DNA of 64,000 nt, from positions 148,838 through 212,837 of the forward strand of contig JBAXNN010000001.1 of assembly GCA_037133755.1 (NCBI GenBank), written 5' to 3'. Positions 55,567 through 64,000 of this stretch are shown one piece after another; position 1 is the stretch's first letter, and the number at the start of each line of letters is the position of its first letter. The position numbers and the translations under genes are program-made. This DNA comes from Thermoleophilia bacterium (GTDB taxonomy: Bacteria > Actinomycetota > Thermoleophilia > Gaiellales > F1-60-MAGs149). The notes under the pieces are model-generated. The model worked only from the letters and a program-made list of their open reading frames with translations, did no database searches and was not told the DNA's origin.

Positions 55567-56154
55567 TCAGGCCGCGGGGTCGGGCCGCCACGACGCGCTC
55601 CACGCGGCGTCGTCTGTGCGGTAGGTGCGATCGGCACGGTCGCGCGTGGCTTCGCGGGCGAACGTCACCTGCTCCTGCGCGGCCCAGCGGTCCCAGTGGT
55701 CGAGGTACACCTCACCGTCGCGAGCGATGGCGCGGGCGTAACGCTCCTCGGTCTCGGCCTCGAGCCAGATCAGCAGGCTGATGAACGGCGCCGCCGCGCG
55801 CGAGCCGGCACCGACACCTTCGATCACCAGCAGCGGCTCCGTCATGAGCGGCTCGCGCTCGCGTTCGCGCATCTCGAGCCAGTCCCAGCACCGGATGGTC
55901 GCCTGTTCGCCGCGCGACAGCGGCTCGAGGACGTCGTCGACGAGTCGCTGGGCGCCCTCGTCGAGCCCGTCCCAACCGGGATACATGTCCTCGAGACGCA
56001 GCAGGCCCGCGCCGCTCGCCTCGGCGAGTCTCGTTGCGAAGGTCGACTTGCCGCTGCCCGACGGGCCGTCGATCACGACCACCGTCGTCGCACCCGCCCG
56101 CGGCTGGAGCTGCCGTACCTCCTGCGCGAGTGCTGCGAGGTCGGCGGCGTCCAT
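55567..56154 (-). CDS. P-loop NTPase (uridine kinase/AAA-like)
   Basis: 195 aa with the Walker A motif IDGPSGSGKST. The specific function is unclear. Confidence 0.6.
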   Translation of the reverse strand: MDAADLAALAQEVRQLQPRAGATTVVVIDGPSGSGKSTFATRLAEASGAGLLRLEDMYPGWDGLDEGAQRLVDDVLEPLSRGEQATIRCWDWLEMREREREPLMTEPLLVIEGVGAGSRAAAPFISLLIWLEAETEERYARAIARDGEVYLDHWDRWAAQEQVTFAREATRDRADRTYRTDDAAWSASWRPDPAA

Positions 56155-57233
56155 CAGCCCTTCGGCAGGTAGTCGTTCGTCCAGGCCTGCGACCAGTCGG
56201 GCTTGGCGGTGAGCGCCTTGCCGTCGGCGTCGGTCAGCAGCTTGTTGGCGTAGAGGAAGTCGTAGAACGTCGAGACCATCGGGCCGTCGATCGTGCCAAT
56301 CGCGCCGGCGGCGCTCGTGTAGTACCCGTCCTTGGCCAGCAGCTCCGCACTCTGCTTCACGACTGCGGGGTTCTTGAGCGTCTGTGGGTTGGCGTCGAGC
56401 AGGATCTGCGCCGCCTCGTCAGGATGCTCGGCCGCGTAGGCGTACCCCTGCTGGGTCGCGGCGAGGAAGCGCCTGGCGACGTCGGGGTTCGCCGTGAGCC
56501 ACGCGTTGCTCGCGATGATCGTGCTGGAGTAGCTCTCCGGGTAGCCGTAGTCGGCGGGGTCGAAGTACTTCATCGGCTTGCCGTTGACGGCCGCCTCGAC
56601 CCCCTCCCACGTCGAGGCCGAGATCGTGAAGTCGGCGCGGCCGTTGTAGACCGCGTCGTAGGCCGCGGTGTCGAGCACGACCTTCTTGAAGTCGCCCTTG
56701 CCGCCGTCGGCCTTGATCACCGTCGCGACCTCGGACTCCTCGCTCGGCGTGCCGAAGCCCGCGTACGTCTTGCCGTCGAGGTCCTTCGGGGTTGTGATGC
56801 TCGGGTCGTCGGCGCGATAGGCGAGCAGGTACTGCTGCTTGCCGATGTTCGCGAAGACCTGCACGACGTCGAGGCCCGCGGCGCGCGCGAAGGCGATGCC
56901 GTTCGAGTACGAGAAGCCGAACTGCGCGTCGCCGTTCGACACGAGCGTCTCGGGCGAAGTCGAGGCGTAGGGCAGCAGCCTCACCGTGAGGTCCTGATCC
57001 TTGTAGTAGCCCAGCTGCTGCGCCACGTAGACGCCGATGTGGTTCGTGTTCGGCGTCCAGTCGAGCGCGACCTTGACCTCGGCCGGTTGGGCCGGCACCG
57101 TCATCGGCTCCCCCGCCGTAGGCGTGCCCGACGACGAGCCGCTGCCACCACACGCCGCGAGTGCCGCGACGACAAGAACCACGACGACTCCGAATCCATA
57201 CCGACGGAGGATGGAGGCGAGCGAGGTAGTCAT
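56154..57233 (-). CDS. ABC transporter substrate-binding lipoprotein, NMT1/THI5-like
   Basis: The ATG at 57233 is preferred. Has the lipobox LAACGG and KVALDWTPNTNHIGVYVAQQLGYYK, typical of NMT1/THI5 (HMP/thiamine-precursor or aliphatic sulfonate) binders. Confidence 0.75.
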   Translation of the reverse strand: MTTSLASILRRYGFGVVVVLVVAALAACGGSGSSSGTPTAGEPMTVPAQPAEVKVALDWTPNTNHIGVYVAQQLGYYKDQDLTVRLLPYASTSPETLVSNGDAQFGFSYSNGIAFARAAGLDVVQVFANIGKQQYLLAYRADDPSITTPKDLDGKTYAGFGTPSEESEVATVIKADGGKGDFKKVVLDTAAYDAVYNGRADFTISASTWEGVEAAVNGKPMKYFDPADYGYPESYSSTIIASNAWLTANPDVARRFLAATQQGYAYAAEHPDEAAQILLDANPQTLKNPAVVKQSAELLAKDGYYTSAAGAIGTIDGPMVSTFYDFLYANKLLTDADGKALTAKPDWSQAWTNDYLPKG

Positions 57234-57300
57234 CGTGATGAGCCCTTCTGCGCGAGCGCGCGGGTGTCGGCAACGTGCCGAGGGACGATACCGTTCCTCC

Positions 57301-58071
57301 ATGCGCCGCACCGCTCGCCTCGTGCTCCCACCGCTCGTCGTCGTGGTACTGCTCGGCGTGATCTGGCAGCTCTACGCACTGCACGGCTCGTTGGGCAACG
57401 ACGTGCTGCCGTCGCTGACCCGCGTCCTCAGCGCCGGGTGGGACGACCGCGCCTCGCTGTGGGACAACACGCTGCCGACGCTGCGCGAGGTGCTGATCGG
57501 CTTCGCGGTCTCCGTCGTCTTCGCCTTCGCGATCTCGATCTTGCTCGACGCCTCGGGGCTCGCCCGCCGCTCCGTGATGCCGGTGCTGATCGGCAGCCAG
57601 ACGATCCCGCTGGTCGTGCTCGCGCCGCTCGTGGTGATCTGGTTCGGCTTCGGTCTCACGCCGAAGATCCTGCTCGTCGCGCTGGTGACGTTCTTTCCGA
57701 TCGTGGTTGGCCTGCTCGACGGCTACGCCTCGAGCGAGCGTGATGGCGTGACGCTGCTGCGCACGATGGGCGCGAGCTGGTTCACCGTCTTTCGGCTCGT
57801 GCGGTTCCCCTCGGCGCTGCCGGGCTTCTTCACGGGACTGCGCATCGCGATCACGTACGCCGTCGTCGCGGCGATCTTCGCCGAGTACGCGGGTGCCGAG
57901 TCGGGCCTCGGCGTCTACATCCAAGGGGCGAGCAATTCGTTCCGCACCGACCTCGTGCTGGCGGCGGTGCTCGTCTCGGCGGTGCTCACACTCGCGCTCT
58001 ATGCCGCGACGTTCATCGTGCAGCGCCTGACGATCCCGTGGTACGCCGACGCGCGGAGGGTCGAGCAGTGA
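57301..58071 (+). CDS. ABC transporter permease (NitT/TauT family)
   Basis: The ATG at 57301 gives MRRTARLVLPPLVVVVLLGV. The product is 256 aa with about 6 TM and an EAA-like loop. Confidence 0.8.
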   Translation: MRRTARLVLPPLVVVVLLGVIWQLYALHGSLGNDVLPSLTRVLSAGWDDRASLWDNTLPTLREVLIGFAVSVVFAFAISILLDASGLARRSVMPVLIGSQTIPLVVLAPLVVIWFGFGLTPKILLVALVTFFPIVVGLLDGYASSERDGVTLLRTMGASWFTVFRLVRFPSALPGFFTGLRIAITYAVVAAIFAEYAGAESGLGVYIQGASNSFRTDLVLAAVLVSAVLTLALYAATFIVQRLTIPWYADARRVEQ

Positions 58072-58829
58072 GCACCCCGGCAATCGAGGTGCGCGGCCTG
58101 TCGAAGGCCTTCGACGACCTGCAGGTGCTCGACGATCTGTCGCTACACGTCGAGCGCGGCGAGTTCGTCTCGATCCTCGGCCCGAGCGGCTGCGGCAAGT
58201 CGACGATCCTCGCAGTCCTCAACGGCACCGAGCCGGCCGACGGTGGCGAGCTGCTGCTCGATGACCAGCCGCTCGATCGCAGCGCGAACCCCTTCGCCTG
58301 GATGCCCCAGCGCGACGTGCTCTTCCCGTGGCGCACCGTCGAGCAGAACGTCGCGCTCGGCGGCGAGGTCGCGGGCGGGCTGAGCAAGCGCGCGGCGCGC
58401 GAGCAGGCCCGGGCACTGCTGCCCACGTTCGGCCTCGGTGAGTTCGGCGAGATGCAGCCGTACCAGCTGTCGGGCGGCATGCGTCAGCGCGCCGCGCTCG
58501 CGCGCACCGTCGCCCAGGGCCGCGACATCCTCTTACTCGACGAGCCGTTCGGCGCGCTCGACGCGCTCACCCGTACCGAGCTCCAGCTCTGGCTCGAGCA
58601 GATTTGGGAGCGCGAGCGCTGGACCGTCGTGCTGATCACCCACGATGTACGCGAGGCCGTGCTCTTGTCGGATCGCGTCTACGTGATGGGGCCGCGCGCA
58701 ACGGGCATCACCCTCGAGCTCGAGATCCCACTGCCGCGCCCGCGCACGATCGACCTGATCGGCGATGCCACCGCCGCCGCGCTCGAACGCGAGCTCCTGC
58801 AGGCCTTGCACGCCGGCCGCACGGCCTAG
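58068..58829 (+). CDS. ABC transporter ATP-binding protein
   Basis: The GTG at 58068 overlaps the permease TGA. Contains Walker A GPSGCGKST, the signature LSGGMRQR, and Walker B ILLLDEPF. Confidence 0.85.
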   Translation: MSTPAIEVRGLSKAFDDLQVLDDLSLHVERGEFVSILGPSGCGKSTILAVLNGTEPADGGELLLDDQPLDRSANPFAWMPQRDVLFPWRTVEQNVALGGEVAGGLSKRAAREQARALLPTFGLGEFGEMQPYQLSGGMRQRAALARTVAQGRDILLLDEPFGALDALTRTELQLWLEQIWERERWTVVLITHDVREAVLLSDRVYVMGPRATGITLELEIPLPRPRTIDLIGDATAAALERELLQALHAGRTA

Positions 58830-58873
58830 CCTCGGCTGCTTGGTACCCTGCTCCGACCTGCTGGTACCGCGCC

Positions 58874-59719
58874 ATGAGCAACCTTCACCCCACCTCTGTC
58901 GTCTATCCCGGCTCGGCCGGGTCGTATACGTCTGAGGCAGCGGATCGGCTCTATCCCGAGATCGAGGCTACGTCAGCTGGCTCGTTCGCCGACGTCTACG
59001 CCGCGGTCGGAGACAACTCGGCAGAGATTGGCGTGCTGCCGATCGAGAACACGCTGGCCGGCATCGTGGCCGACACGTGCGATCTGATCGCGGACGGCTC
59101 GCGGCCGATCGTGGCCGAGACCATTATCCACATTCCGCACTGCCTCGCCGGCGTGCCGCGCGCGACGACGGCCGGCATCACGACGATCCACTCGCACCCC
59201 GTCGCGCTCGCGCAGTGCCGCACGTTCCTCAACGGCCATTACGAGCAGCGCGCCGCCAGCACCACGGCAGACGCCGCGCGCATCGTGGCCGAGCTCGGCG
59301 ACCCCACCTGCGCCGCGATCGCCTCGCCTGCCGCCGCCAAGCGGTACGGCCTCGAGGTGCTCGAGCACGACATCTCGGACCACCCCGAGAACATGACGCG
59401 CTTCATCGCCGTGGCCCGCGAGCCGCTGCCGTACAGCGAGGGCACCGCGTGGAAGACCGCGCTGCGCGTCGTGACCGGCCACCAGCCGGGCGCGCTGCAC
59501 GACGCGATCGAGCCGCTGCGCTACCACGGCGTCAACATGCAGAGCCTGCACTCGCGCCCGATCCCGGGCGAGCCGTGGCGCTACCAGTTTTTGATCGACA
59601 TCGAGGGCCATCGCGACGATCCGCGCATCGAGCGCGCGCTCGCCGATGTCACCAGCCGCTCGGCGCTGGTCGTCTTGCTCGGCTCGTTCCCCGCCGCGAC
59701 GCATCCCGACGCGCCATGA
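58874..59719 (+). CDS. pheA: Prephenate dehydratase
   Basis: The ATG at 58874 is preferred. Contains IGVLPIENTLAGIV, ENMTRFIAV (TRF motif), and a C-terminal ACT domain (GALHDAIEPL...ESRP-like SRPIPGEPWRYQFLIDIEGH). Confidence 0.85.
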   Translation: MSNLHPTSVVYPGSAGSYTSEAADRLYPEIEATSAGSFADVYAAVGDNSAEIGVLPIENTLAGIVADTCDLIADGSRPIVAETIIHIPHCLAGVPRATTAGITTIHSHPVALAQCRTFLNGHYEQRAASTTADAARIVAELGDPTCAAIASPAAAKRYGLEVLEHDISDHPENMTRFIAVAREPLPYSEGTAWKTALRVVTGHQPGALHDAIEPLRYHGVNMQSLHSRPIPGEPWRYQFLIDIEGHRDDPRIERALADVTSRSALVVLLGSFPAATHPDAP

Positions 59720-61977
59720 GCCCGCGGGCGTCGTGGGATACGGCGCTCGAGTTTGGTGCGCCACCCGATGATCGCCTCGTCTTCCGCGGCGAGCAGCCTG
59801 CCTCGGCCGGAATCTCCGCACCGCTGCCGGCCGATCTGCCGCCGGCGCTGACGGCCGCGCTCGAGCGCAACGGCATCACCTCGCTATGGGCGCATCAGGC
59901 CGAGGCGATCGCCCTCGCGCGCCAGGGCAACCACGTGGGCATCACCTCGGGCACGGCCAGCGGCAAGACGCTGGCGTACACCGTGCCGGTGCTCGAGACG
60001 CTGCTGACGGAGTCGCACGCCCGCGCGCTCTACCTCTCGCCCACCAAGGCGCTGGCGCAGGATCAGGCGCGCCGTCTGCACGCGCTCGGCCTCGGCCGCG
60101 ACCTGCGCGTCTCGCTCGTCGACGGCGATGGCGACACGGGCAGCCGCCGCCTGGCGCGGGCTGAGTCGAACCTCGTCCTCAGCAACCCCGACATGGTCCA
60201 CGTCGGCATCTGCCCGCACCACCACCGCTGGGACGAGTGGCTGTCGGGCCTCAGCGCGATCATCATCGACGAGGCGCACGTCTACCGCGGGGTGTTCGGC
60301 AGCCATGTCGCGCACGTGATCCGCCGGCTGCGCCGCTGCGCCGCGCTCTACGGCGCCTCGCCGCAGCTGCTGCTCGCGTCGGCCACCGTCGGCAACCCGC
60401 ACGAGGCGTTCAGCGCGTTGACGGGCGTGGACGTGACGATCGTCGACGACGACGGCGCGCCGAGCCCCGGCCGCGACGTCGCGCTGTGGAACCCGACGCT
60501 GCTCGACGAGGCGACGGGCCAGCGCGCCTCGCGCATCCACGAGACCGTCAACCTCGTCGCCCAGCTGGTGTGCGACGACCAGCGCGTCATCTGCTTCGCG
60601 CCCGGCCGGCAGCTCGTCGAGCTGATCCTGCGCGGCGTGCGGGAGGAGCTCACACGGCGTAAGCCCGCGCTGGCCGAGCGGGTGGAGCCGTACCGCGCCG
60701 GCTATCCGCCCGAAGTGCGCCGCCAGATCGAGCAGCGCCTCGCGGGCGGCGACCTGCGCGCGGTGATCGCCACCAACGCGCTCGAGCTCGGCATCGACAT
60801 CGGCGATCTCGACTGCGCGGTCGTGGTGGGCTTCCCCGGCTCGGTCGCGGCGCTGCGCCAAGAGTGGGGCCGCGCCGGCCGCCGCCAACGCGGGCTCGGC
60901 GTCCTCGTGCTCGGCGATGACGCACTCGACCAGTGGTTCGCACGGCACCCACAGGCGCTGCTCGATCGCCCGGTCGAGGCGATCGCCCTCGATCCGCATA
61001 ACCCCGAGATCCGCATCGCGCACCTGGCGTGCGCGGCAGCTGAGGCCGCCGTCGGTCCGCGCGACGAAAGCATCCTCGGCGTGCACATCACCGAAGACGC
61101 CGAGGCGATGGTGCAGCTCAACCCCGACGACTTCGCGATGACGCCCGCGGGCCTGATCTGGACTGGGCTCGACGACCCGGCCATGCGCGTGTCGCTGCGC
61201 AGCTCGGGCTCGGAGGTCGTGACGATCGTCGACAGCGAGTCGGGCCGTGTGCTCGGCGACGTCGAGCAGGACCGTGCGCCGCGCAGCGTGCACCCGGGCG
61301 CCGTGCACCTCAACCTTGGCGAGCGCTACCTCGTCACCGAGCTCGACCTCAACGAGGGCACCGCTCTGGTCGAGCCCTTCCGCGGCGACTGGTTCACCGT
61401 GCCGCGCGCCGACTCAACGGTGGCCCTCGACGAGCCGGAGGCCGAGGAGTGGCTGGGCAACTGGCGCTGCCACCTCGGCGAGGCCGAGGTCGCCACGCGC
61501 GTGACGGGCTACCAGCGCCGCCGCACCGACGACCTCTCGGTGATCGACAGCCGCACGCTCGACCTGCCCGAGCGCCGCTACCGCAGCGCGGCCCTGTGGA
61601 TGACCCGCCCACCGACCGACGACGAGCCCACGCTCGGCGGCCTGCACGCGATCGAGCACCTGCTCGCCGCCGCCCTCCCCCTCGCCGTCCCGAGCGACGC
61701 CGGCGACATCGCGGGCTTCTCCACGATTTTGCACCCCGACACCCTCTCGCCAACGATCATCCTCCACGAGACCCGCCCAGGCGGCGCAGGCATCGTGCGC
61801 ACGGCCTTCCCCGCCCTGGCGCGCATCGCCGAGGCAGCGCAGTCGATCGTCGCCGATTGCCCGTGCGAGTCGGGCTGCCCCGCGTGCATCCAGAGCTTCT
61901 CCTGCCCGAGCCTCAACGAGCCGCTCGACAAGGCGATGGCGCTCGTGCTGCTCGGCGAGCTGGTGCAGATCGCCTAG
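59716..61977 (+). CDS. DEAD/DEAH-box helicase with a C-terminal DUF1998 zinc domain (MrfA/YprA-like)
   Basis: The ATG at 59716 overlaps the pheA TGA. Contains TSGTASGKT (motif I), IIDEAHVY (DEAH) and SATVGNP. The C-terminal cluster is CPCESGCPACIQSFSC. Confidence 0.85.
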   Translation: MSPRASWDTALEFGAPPDDRLVFRGEQPASAGISAPLPADLPPALTAALERNGITSLWAHQAEAIALARQGNHVGITSGTASGKTLAYTVPVLETLLTESHARALYLSPTKALAQDQARRLHALGLGRDLRVSLVDGDGDTGSRRLARAESNLVLSNPDMVHVGICPHHHRWDEWLSGLSAIIIDEAHVYRGVFGSHVAHVIRRLRRCAALYGASPQLLLASATVGNPHEAFSALTGVDVTIVDDDGAPSPGRDVALWNPTLLDEATGQRASRIHETVNLVAQLVCDDQRVICFAPGRQLVELILRGVREELTRRKPALAERVEPYRAGYPPEVRRQIEQRLAGGDLRAVIATNALELGIDIGDLDCAVVVGFPGSVAALRQEWGRAGRRQRGLGVLVLGDDALDQWFARHPQALLDRPVEAIALDPHNPEIRIAHLACAAAEAAVGPRDESILGVHITEDAEAMVQLNPDDFAMTPAGLIWTGLDDPAMRVSLRSSGSEVVTIVDSESGRVLGDVEQDRAPRSVHPGAVHLNLGERYLVTELDLNEGTALVEPFRGDWFTVPRADSTVALDEPEAEEWLGNWRCHLGEAEVATRVTGYQRRRTDDLSVIDSRTLDLPERRYRSAALWMTRPPTDDEPTLGGLHAIEHLLAAALPLAVPSDAGDIAGFSTILHPDTLSPTIILHETRPGGAGIVRTAFPALARIAEAAQSIVADCPCESGCPACIQSFSCPSLNEPLDKAMALVLLGELVQIA

Positions 61978-62055
61978 CTCGCCGCATTCTGTAACGAAAA
62001 TCACCACTTCGTGTGGTGCTACCCGGACATGGAGACCGATTTTTAGCGTTACGGC

Positions 62056-62084
62056 TTGACCACAGGTGCTAGCGAACGAATACT
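62056..62084 (+). promoter_or_regulatory. Candidate promoter giving a leaderless transcript
   Basis: TTGACC (62056-62061), a 17-nt spacer, then AATACT (62079-62084). The ATG at 62091 is 6 nt downstream, with no Shine-Dalgarno sequence. Confidence 0.45.
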
Positions 62085-62090
62085 CGTCCA

Positions 62091-63875
62091 ATGCGATCCG
62101 CTAAGACTACCGCTCTGCGCACATTGCTCCTGCTCGGCGCCGTGCTCACCGCGAATCTCTGCCTCGTGTCCACCGCACTCGGGGCCGTCGTGACCATTGA
62201 CGGCGTCACCTACACGACGAGCAACACCACGGCCAGCGTCACCGGCTACACCGGCGCGCTACCCACCAACGTCACCATCCCCAGCACGATCAGCTCCGGG
62301 GGCACGGTGTACACCGTCACCAGTGTCGGCGGCTGGGCATTCAGCAATGCCACCGGCCTGCGCAGCATCGTCCTCCCCAACACCGTCACCAGCATCGGCA
62401 ACTCCGGGTTTGATGGAGCGAGCAACCTGCAGAGCATCACCGTTCCCGACGGTGTCTCCAGCATCGGCACCTACGCGTTCTCCGGCACGGGCAGCCTGAC
62501 CAGCTTCACGATCCCCAGCAGTCTCACCAGCATTAGCCGCGGCATGTTCCAAGGGTCTGGTCTCACCGGCATCACCATCCCCAGCACCGTCACCAGCATC
62601 GGCAGCTATGTGTTCAACGGCACCAACGGGCTGACCCACATCACCATCCCCAGCAGTGTCACGAGTCTCGGCGACTGGACCTTCTTCTACTCGTCCCATC
62701 TCACGCGCCTGGAGTTCCTCGGCGACCAGCCGTGCACGTGCAGCAACAGCCTGCTCAACGGCACGCAGGCAACGGTCTACCGGTTCGCGAACGCCAGCGG
62801 CTGGCCGGCGATCGGCTCGACATGGAACGGCAAGCCGCAGGCGTATCTCGTGCTGCCGAGCGCGGCACCCACCGCGGTGGCCGGTGATACGTCGGCCACG
62901 ATCACCGTGACCCCGCCCGCCTCCGGCCCGACGCCTGACACGTACACCGTGGCCGCCGTCAGCGACGGGTCGAAGACCTGCACCGTCACCGCGCCCGCGA
63001 CCAGCTGCGTCGTCAGCGGCCTCACCAACGGCACGAGCTACACCTTCACCGCCGTCGCCAATACGGCTTCGCCGGTGGCGAGCTCGGTCGCGTCGGGTGC
63101 GTCGAACGCCGTCACTCCGCAGTTGTCCGCGCCGAACGCCCCCGGGACACCGACCGCCATCGCCGGCGACGCGCAGGCGACGGTCACTGTGACCGCAGGG
63201 GTGGGCAGCGCACCCGACACGTACCTCGTCACCGCCGTTCAGGACAACACGAAGACGTGTACCGTGACCGTGCCAGCAACCAGCTGCACCATCACCGGCC
63301 TCACCAACGGCACCAGCTACACCTTCACCGCCACCGCTACCAACCTCGCCGGCACCTCAGGTGCATCAAGCGCATCCGCGGCGATCTCCCCGACCGCAGC
63401 CGTCGTGCCGCCGACCCGGAGCGAGTCCAGTGGAACCTCGTCCAGCACTGCGCCGGCTCCCGCCCCGACCACAGCACTCACGTCTGCATCGTCGGCGATC
63501 CTGCGGCTCACGAGCACTCGGGTGACGCCGGACGGCACCGCGGTCATCACCACCTTCACCGCGCCCAGCGCAGGCAGCGTCCACCACGTCGGCACGATCC
63601 GCACCGGCCGTCGCAACGCGCGCGCCGCAACGATCACGGTCTGCACCTACGACCAGGCCATCAACGCGGCAGGCGTCACGCACGTCACCTGCAACCTCAA
63701 CAACGCCGGTCGCCGTCTGCGCACACAACAGGCGCTCGTCATCACGCTGACCACGACGTACACGCCCATCAGCGGCACGCCGCTGGTGTCGACCAAGAGC
63801 ATCCGCCTACCGCGGACGAACGTCGCCAAGGCCCCGGCTCAGACCAGCACCGTGCCGAGTAGCGTCACGGGCTGA
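62091..63875 (+). CDS. Secreted BspA-type leucine-rich-repeat protein with two FN3-like domains and a Cys-containing C-terminal domain ending in VTG
   Basis: Signal LRTLLLLGAVLTANLCLVSTALGA. There are ~23-aa LRR units (IPSTVTSIGSYVFNGTNGLTHITIPSSVTSLG). FN3-like modules follow (PTAVAGDTSATITVTPP...GLTNGTSYTFTAVA, two copies). The C-terminal ~130 aa align with the tail of the 28793..30799 protein. Confidence 0.85.
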   Translation: MRSAKTTALRTLLLLGAVLTANLCLVSTALGAVVTIDGVTYTTSNTTASVTGYTGALPTNVTIPSTISSGGTVYTVTSVGGWAFSNATGLRSIVLPNTVTSIGNSGFDGASNLQSITVPDGVSSIGTYAFSGTGSLTSFTIPSSLTSISRGMFQGSGLTGITIPSTVTSIGSYVFNGTNGLTHITIPSSVTSLGDWTFFYSSHLTRLEFLGDQPCTCSNSLLNGTQATVYRFANASGWPAIGSTWNGKPQAYLVLPSAAPTAVAGDTSATITVTPPASGPTPDTYTVAAVSDGSKTCTVTAPATSCVVSGLTNGTSYTFTAVANTASPVASSVASGASNAVTPQLSAPNAPGTPTAIAGDAQATVTVTAGVGSAPDTYLVTAVQDNTKTCTVTVPATSCTITGLTNGTSYTFTATATNLAGTSGASSASAAISPTAAVVPPTRSESSGTSSSTAPAPAPTTALTSASSAILRLTSTRVTPDGTAVITTFTAPSAGSVHHVGTIRTGRRNARAATITVCTYDQAINAAGVTHVTCNLNNAGRRLRTQQALVITLTTTYTPISGTPLVSTKSIRLPRTNVAKAPAQTSTVPSSVTG

Positions 63876-63881
63876 GTCGGA

Positions 63882-64000
63882 CTACCAGGCGCCGGCCCAC
63901 GACTCGCGGCGCGGGTCGGCCCACGCAGACACGAGGCCCGTGGTGAGGTCGATCTCGGAGGCACAGATGCTGCCGAAGAGGCTGTCGCCCGGCTTCTCGT
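63882..64000 (-). CDS. 3' end of a gene continuing beyond the window (possibly gamma-glutamyltransferase-like)
   Basis: The minus-strand frame reads ...EKPGDSLFGSICASEIDLTTGLVSAWADPRRESWAGAW*, with the stop at 63882-63884. The ADPRR..A.G ending resembles GGT C-termini. The fragment is very short, so the call is weak. Confidence 0.3.
   Translation of the reverse strand, partial: EKPGDSLFGSICASEIDLTTGLVSAWADPRRESWAGAW

Noticed and set aside
57234-57300. Possible TPP riboswitch in the divergent region of the thiamine-related ABC transporter genes
   Set aside because: Only 67 bp are available, and neither strand shows the conserved CTGAGA / ACCTGATCTGGATAATGCCAGCG-type elements. Leaderless-type spacing leaves no 5'-UTR.
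61985-62055. Imperfect inverted repeat (gtaacgaaaatc ... gatttttagcgttac) and hairpin (caccac-ttcgt-gtggtg) upstream of the LRR gene, as a structured RNA or operator
   Set aside because: The pairing needs indels, the region is short, and it lies upstream of the predicted promoter. I recognise no matching riboswitch or sRNA class. I noted it but cannot support it as a feature.

Overview
High-GC (roughly 70% by eye) bacterial chromosomal segment of actinobacterial type. The lineage guess (Thermoleophilia or Solirubrobacterales-like) is inference only. I support about 55 protein-coding genes and found no rRNA, tRNA, CRISPR array, transposase or integrase. Housekeeping and metabolic content: a corrinoid methyl-transfer cluster (pterin-binding methyltransferase, RACo-type activase, DUF1638, DMG-dehydrogenase-like FAD/GcvT enzyme), an aminotransferase, a 2-hydroxyacid dehydrogenase, an MFS exporter, otsB, a split TSUP (TauE) pair, acs, an M23 peptidase, rlmN, a LytS/LytTR pair next to VanW, a LacI regulator next to a CDO-like cupin, PolX, a Ppm1-like GT2, an L,D-transpeptidase, thiL plus an NMT1/THI5-type ABC importer, pheA and an MrfA-like helicase. 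The standout region is 20.7-41.3 kb. It holds four tandem paralogous cassettes, each a LuxR-type response regulator plus an 8-TM HisKA_3-like kinase whose start overlaps the regulator gene by 26-29 nt. These cassettes are interleaved with five secreted proteins: two collagen-like, two YWTD-propeller/Ig mosaics (one of 1532 aa), and one novel 53-aa-repeat protein. Each divergent intergenic region carries cassette-specific direct repeats with 32-33 bp spacing, built on a shared TGTCGTAC..CCG theme. Each also has a TA(G/C)ACT -10 box ending exactly 10 nt before the regulator start, which implies a near-leaderless transcript. Four of the secreted genes share an identical or near-identical 33-nt start cassette encoding MKKPSAATVIA. 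The giant gene carries a duplicated copy of the cassette-2 promoter. A second notable signal is a palindromic repeat family with an invariant GGGGTCAGACC core and covarying stems, found at three gene 3' ends. There is also a 24-bp duplication of the otsB 3' end. Many long antisense or out-of-frame ORFs in the track are high-GC artefacts and were rejected.
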